Shown: piece after piece, positions 62,950-64,000 of the stretch
Position numbering within the stretch: position 1 is the first letter of the stretch
Layout of the letters: every line of letters starts with the position of its first letter
Assembly (NCBI RefSeq): GCF_039654945.1
Contig: NW_027361681.1
Span: 14,260,001-14,324,000 of the forward strand
Source of the DNA: Dendrobates tinctorius
Taxonomy: Eukaryota
Length of the DNA stretch: 64,000 nt
Direction: 5' to 3'
Notes under the pieces: model-generated
The model's input: the letters and a program-made list of their open reading frames with translations, nothing else
Told to the model about the DNA's origin: nothing
The model's database searches: none
Translations under genes and position numbers: made by a program

Positions 62950-64000
62950 GTAATAATAATAATAATAATTTTTATTTATATAGCGCCAACATATTCCGCA
63001 GCACTTTACAATTAAGCAGGGACATATACAGACAATAAATTCAATACAAGTTAAGACAATTTAAACAGTGACTTTAGGAGTGAGGTCCCTGCTCGCAAGC
63101 TTACAATCTACAAGGAAATGGGGGGAGGGGGACACAGTAGGTGAAAAGTGCTTGTTATTTCAGGTCTGGCAATTATAATAAATAGAGATTTTCATATAAA
63201 GCTGCATGATCCTGTCATCAGCCCGTGTGTTTAAGTGCAATAGTCAAGTATCAAGTGCAGTTATCGTGTGCATGGAGGGTTTGGAGACAGATTAATAGTA
63301 GGGTGCAGATTCAGAATAATATTTGGAAGGAGGGAACAGGGCAAAGATAGTTTACTGAGTAGTTGATGTGGTTGGCTTGTTTGAAGAGAGGGGTTTTCAA
63401 AACGCGCTTGAATAGGTCGGGGCTAGGTATCAGTCTGATCGTCTGTGGAAGTGCATTCCAGAGAGCTGGCACAGCACGAGAGAAGTCTTGGAGACGGAGG
63501 TGCGAGGTTCGGATTACGGGGGATGTTAGTGTTAGGTCATTTGTAGAACAGAGGGCACGTTTAGGGCAATAGACAGAGATGAGAGAGGAGATATAAGGCG
63601 GAGCAGAACTGTGGAGAGCTTTGTGAGTGAGAGAGATGAGTTTATACTGGACCCTGTAGTGAATAGGTAGCTAGTGTAATGACTGGCACAAGGTGGAGGC
63701 ATTGGTGAAGCGGCTGGACAGAAATATGACCCTGGCTGCCGCATTCAAGAAGGATTGGAGAGGAGAAAGTTTGGTAAGATGTTTTTAAGATGTTTTTAAG
63801 ATGCAGGTGACAAGAGCGAGTGAGTGATCCGATATAGGGAGTAAAGGAAAGTTCGGTGTCAAATATGACCCCAAGACAGCGGGTATGCTGCTTGGGAGTT
63901 ATGGTTGAACCCTCCAGGGTTATTTCGATGTTAGGTAGAGTGAGGTTAGTAGAGGGGAGAAACACAAGAAGTTCAGTTTTGGAGAGATTTAGTTTCAGAT
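62950..64000 (-). mobile_element. L2/CR1-clade LINE 3' end
   Basis: (AAT)n tail with TTTATATAGCGCCAACATATTCCGCAGC terminus; RT C-terminal remnant RCLGVIFDTELSF..I..L.RSC..HL.NI. Confidence 0.8.

Overview
Vertebrate genomic DNA, very probably an anuran (frog), judged from its repeat families; the species cannot be determined. The host genes follow the order known from human 9q34.3: a probable first coding exon of MRPS2 (minus strand, window edge), head-to-head with a complete 3-exon PIERCE1/C9orf116 (plus), and a single-exon PPP1R26 CDS (minus, 1093 aa) with its CpG-island promoter. Between PIERCE1 and PPP1R26, a chain of splice-bounded, stop- and frameshift-damaged minus-strand segments reads as a decayed CDHR3/CDHR4-like cadherin gene (about 44.9 kb down to 5.2 kb). 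Its introns are filled with nested mobile DNA: Tc1, hAT, Helitron, piggyBac, Penelope-like elements, Harbinger, solo LTRs, MITEs and satellites. One intron reconstructs to about 81 nt but is now about 22.6 kb. Notable elements are an apparently complete autonomous hAT transposon, an intact spliced Harbinger transposase, a fold-back Penelope insertion with two hammerhead-ribozyme motifs, two non-coding inserts with the same fold-back and long-TSD architecture, and telomere-like repeats carried inside a piggyBac element. Homologies are recognised from memory of the protein families, not from database searches.
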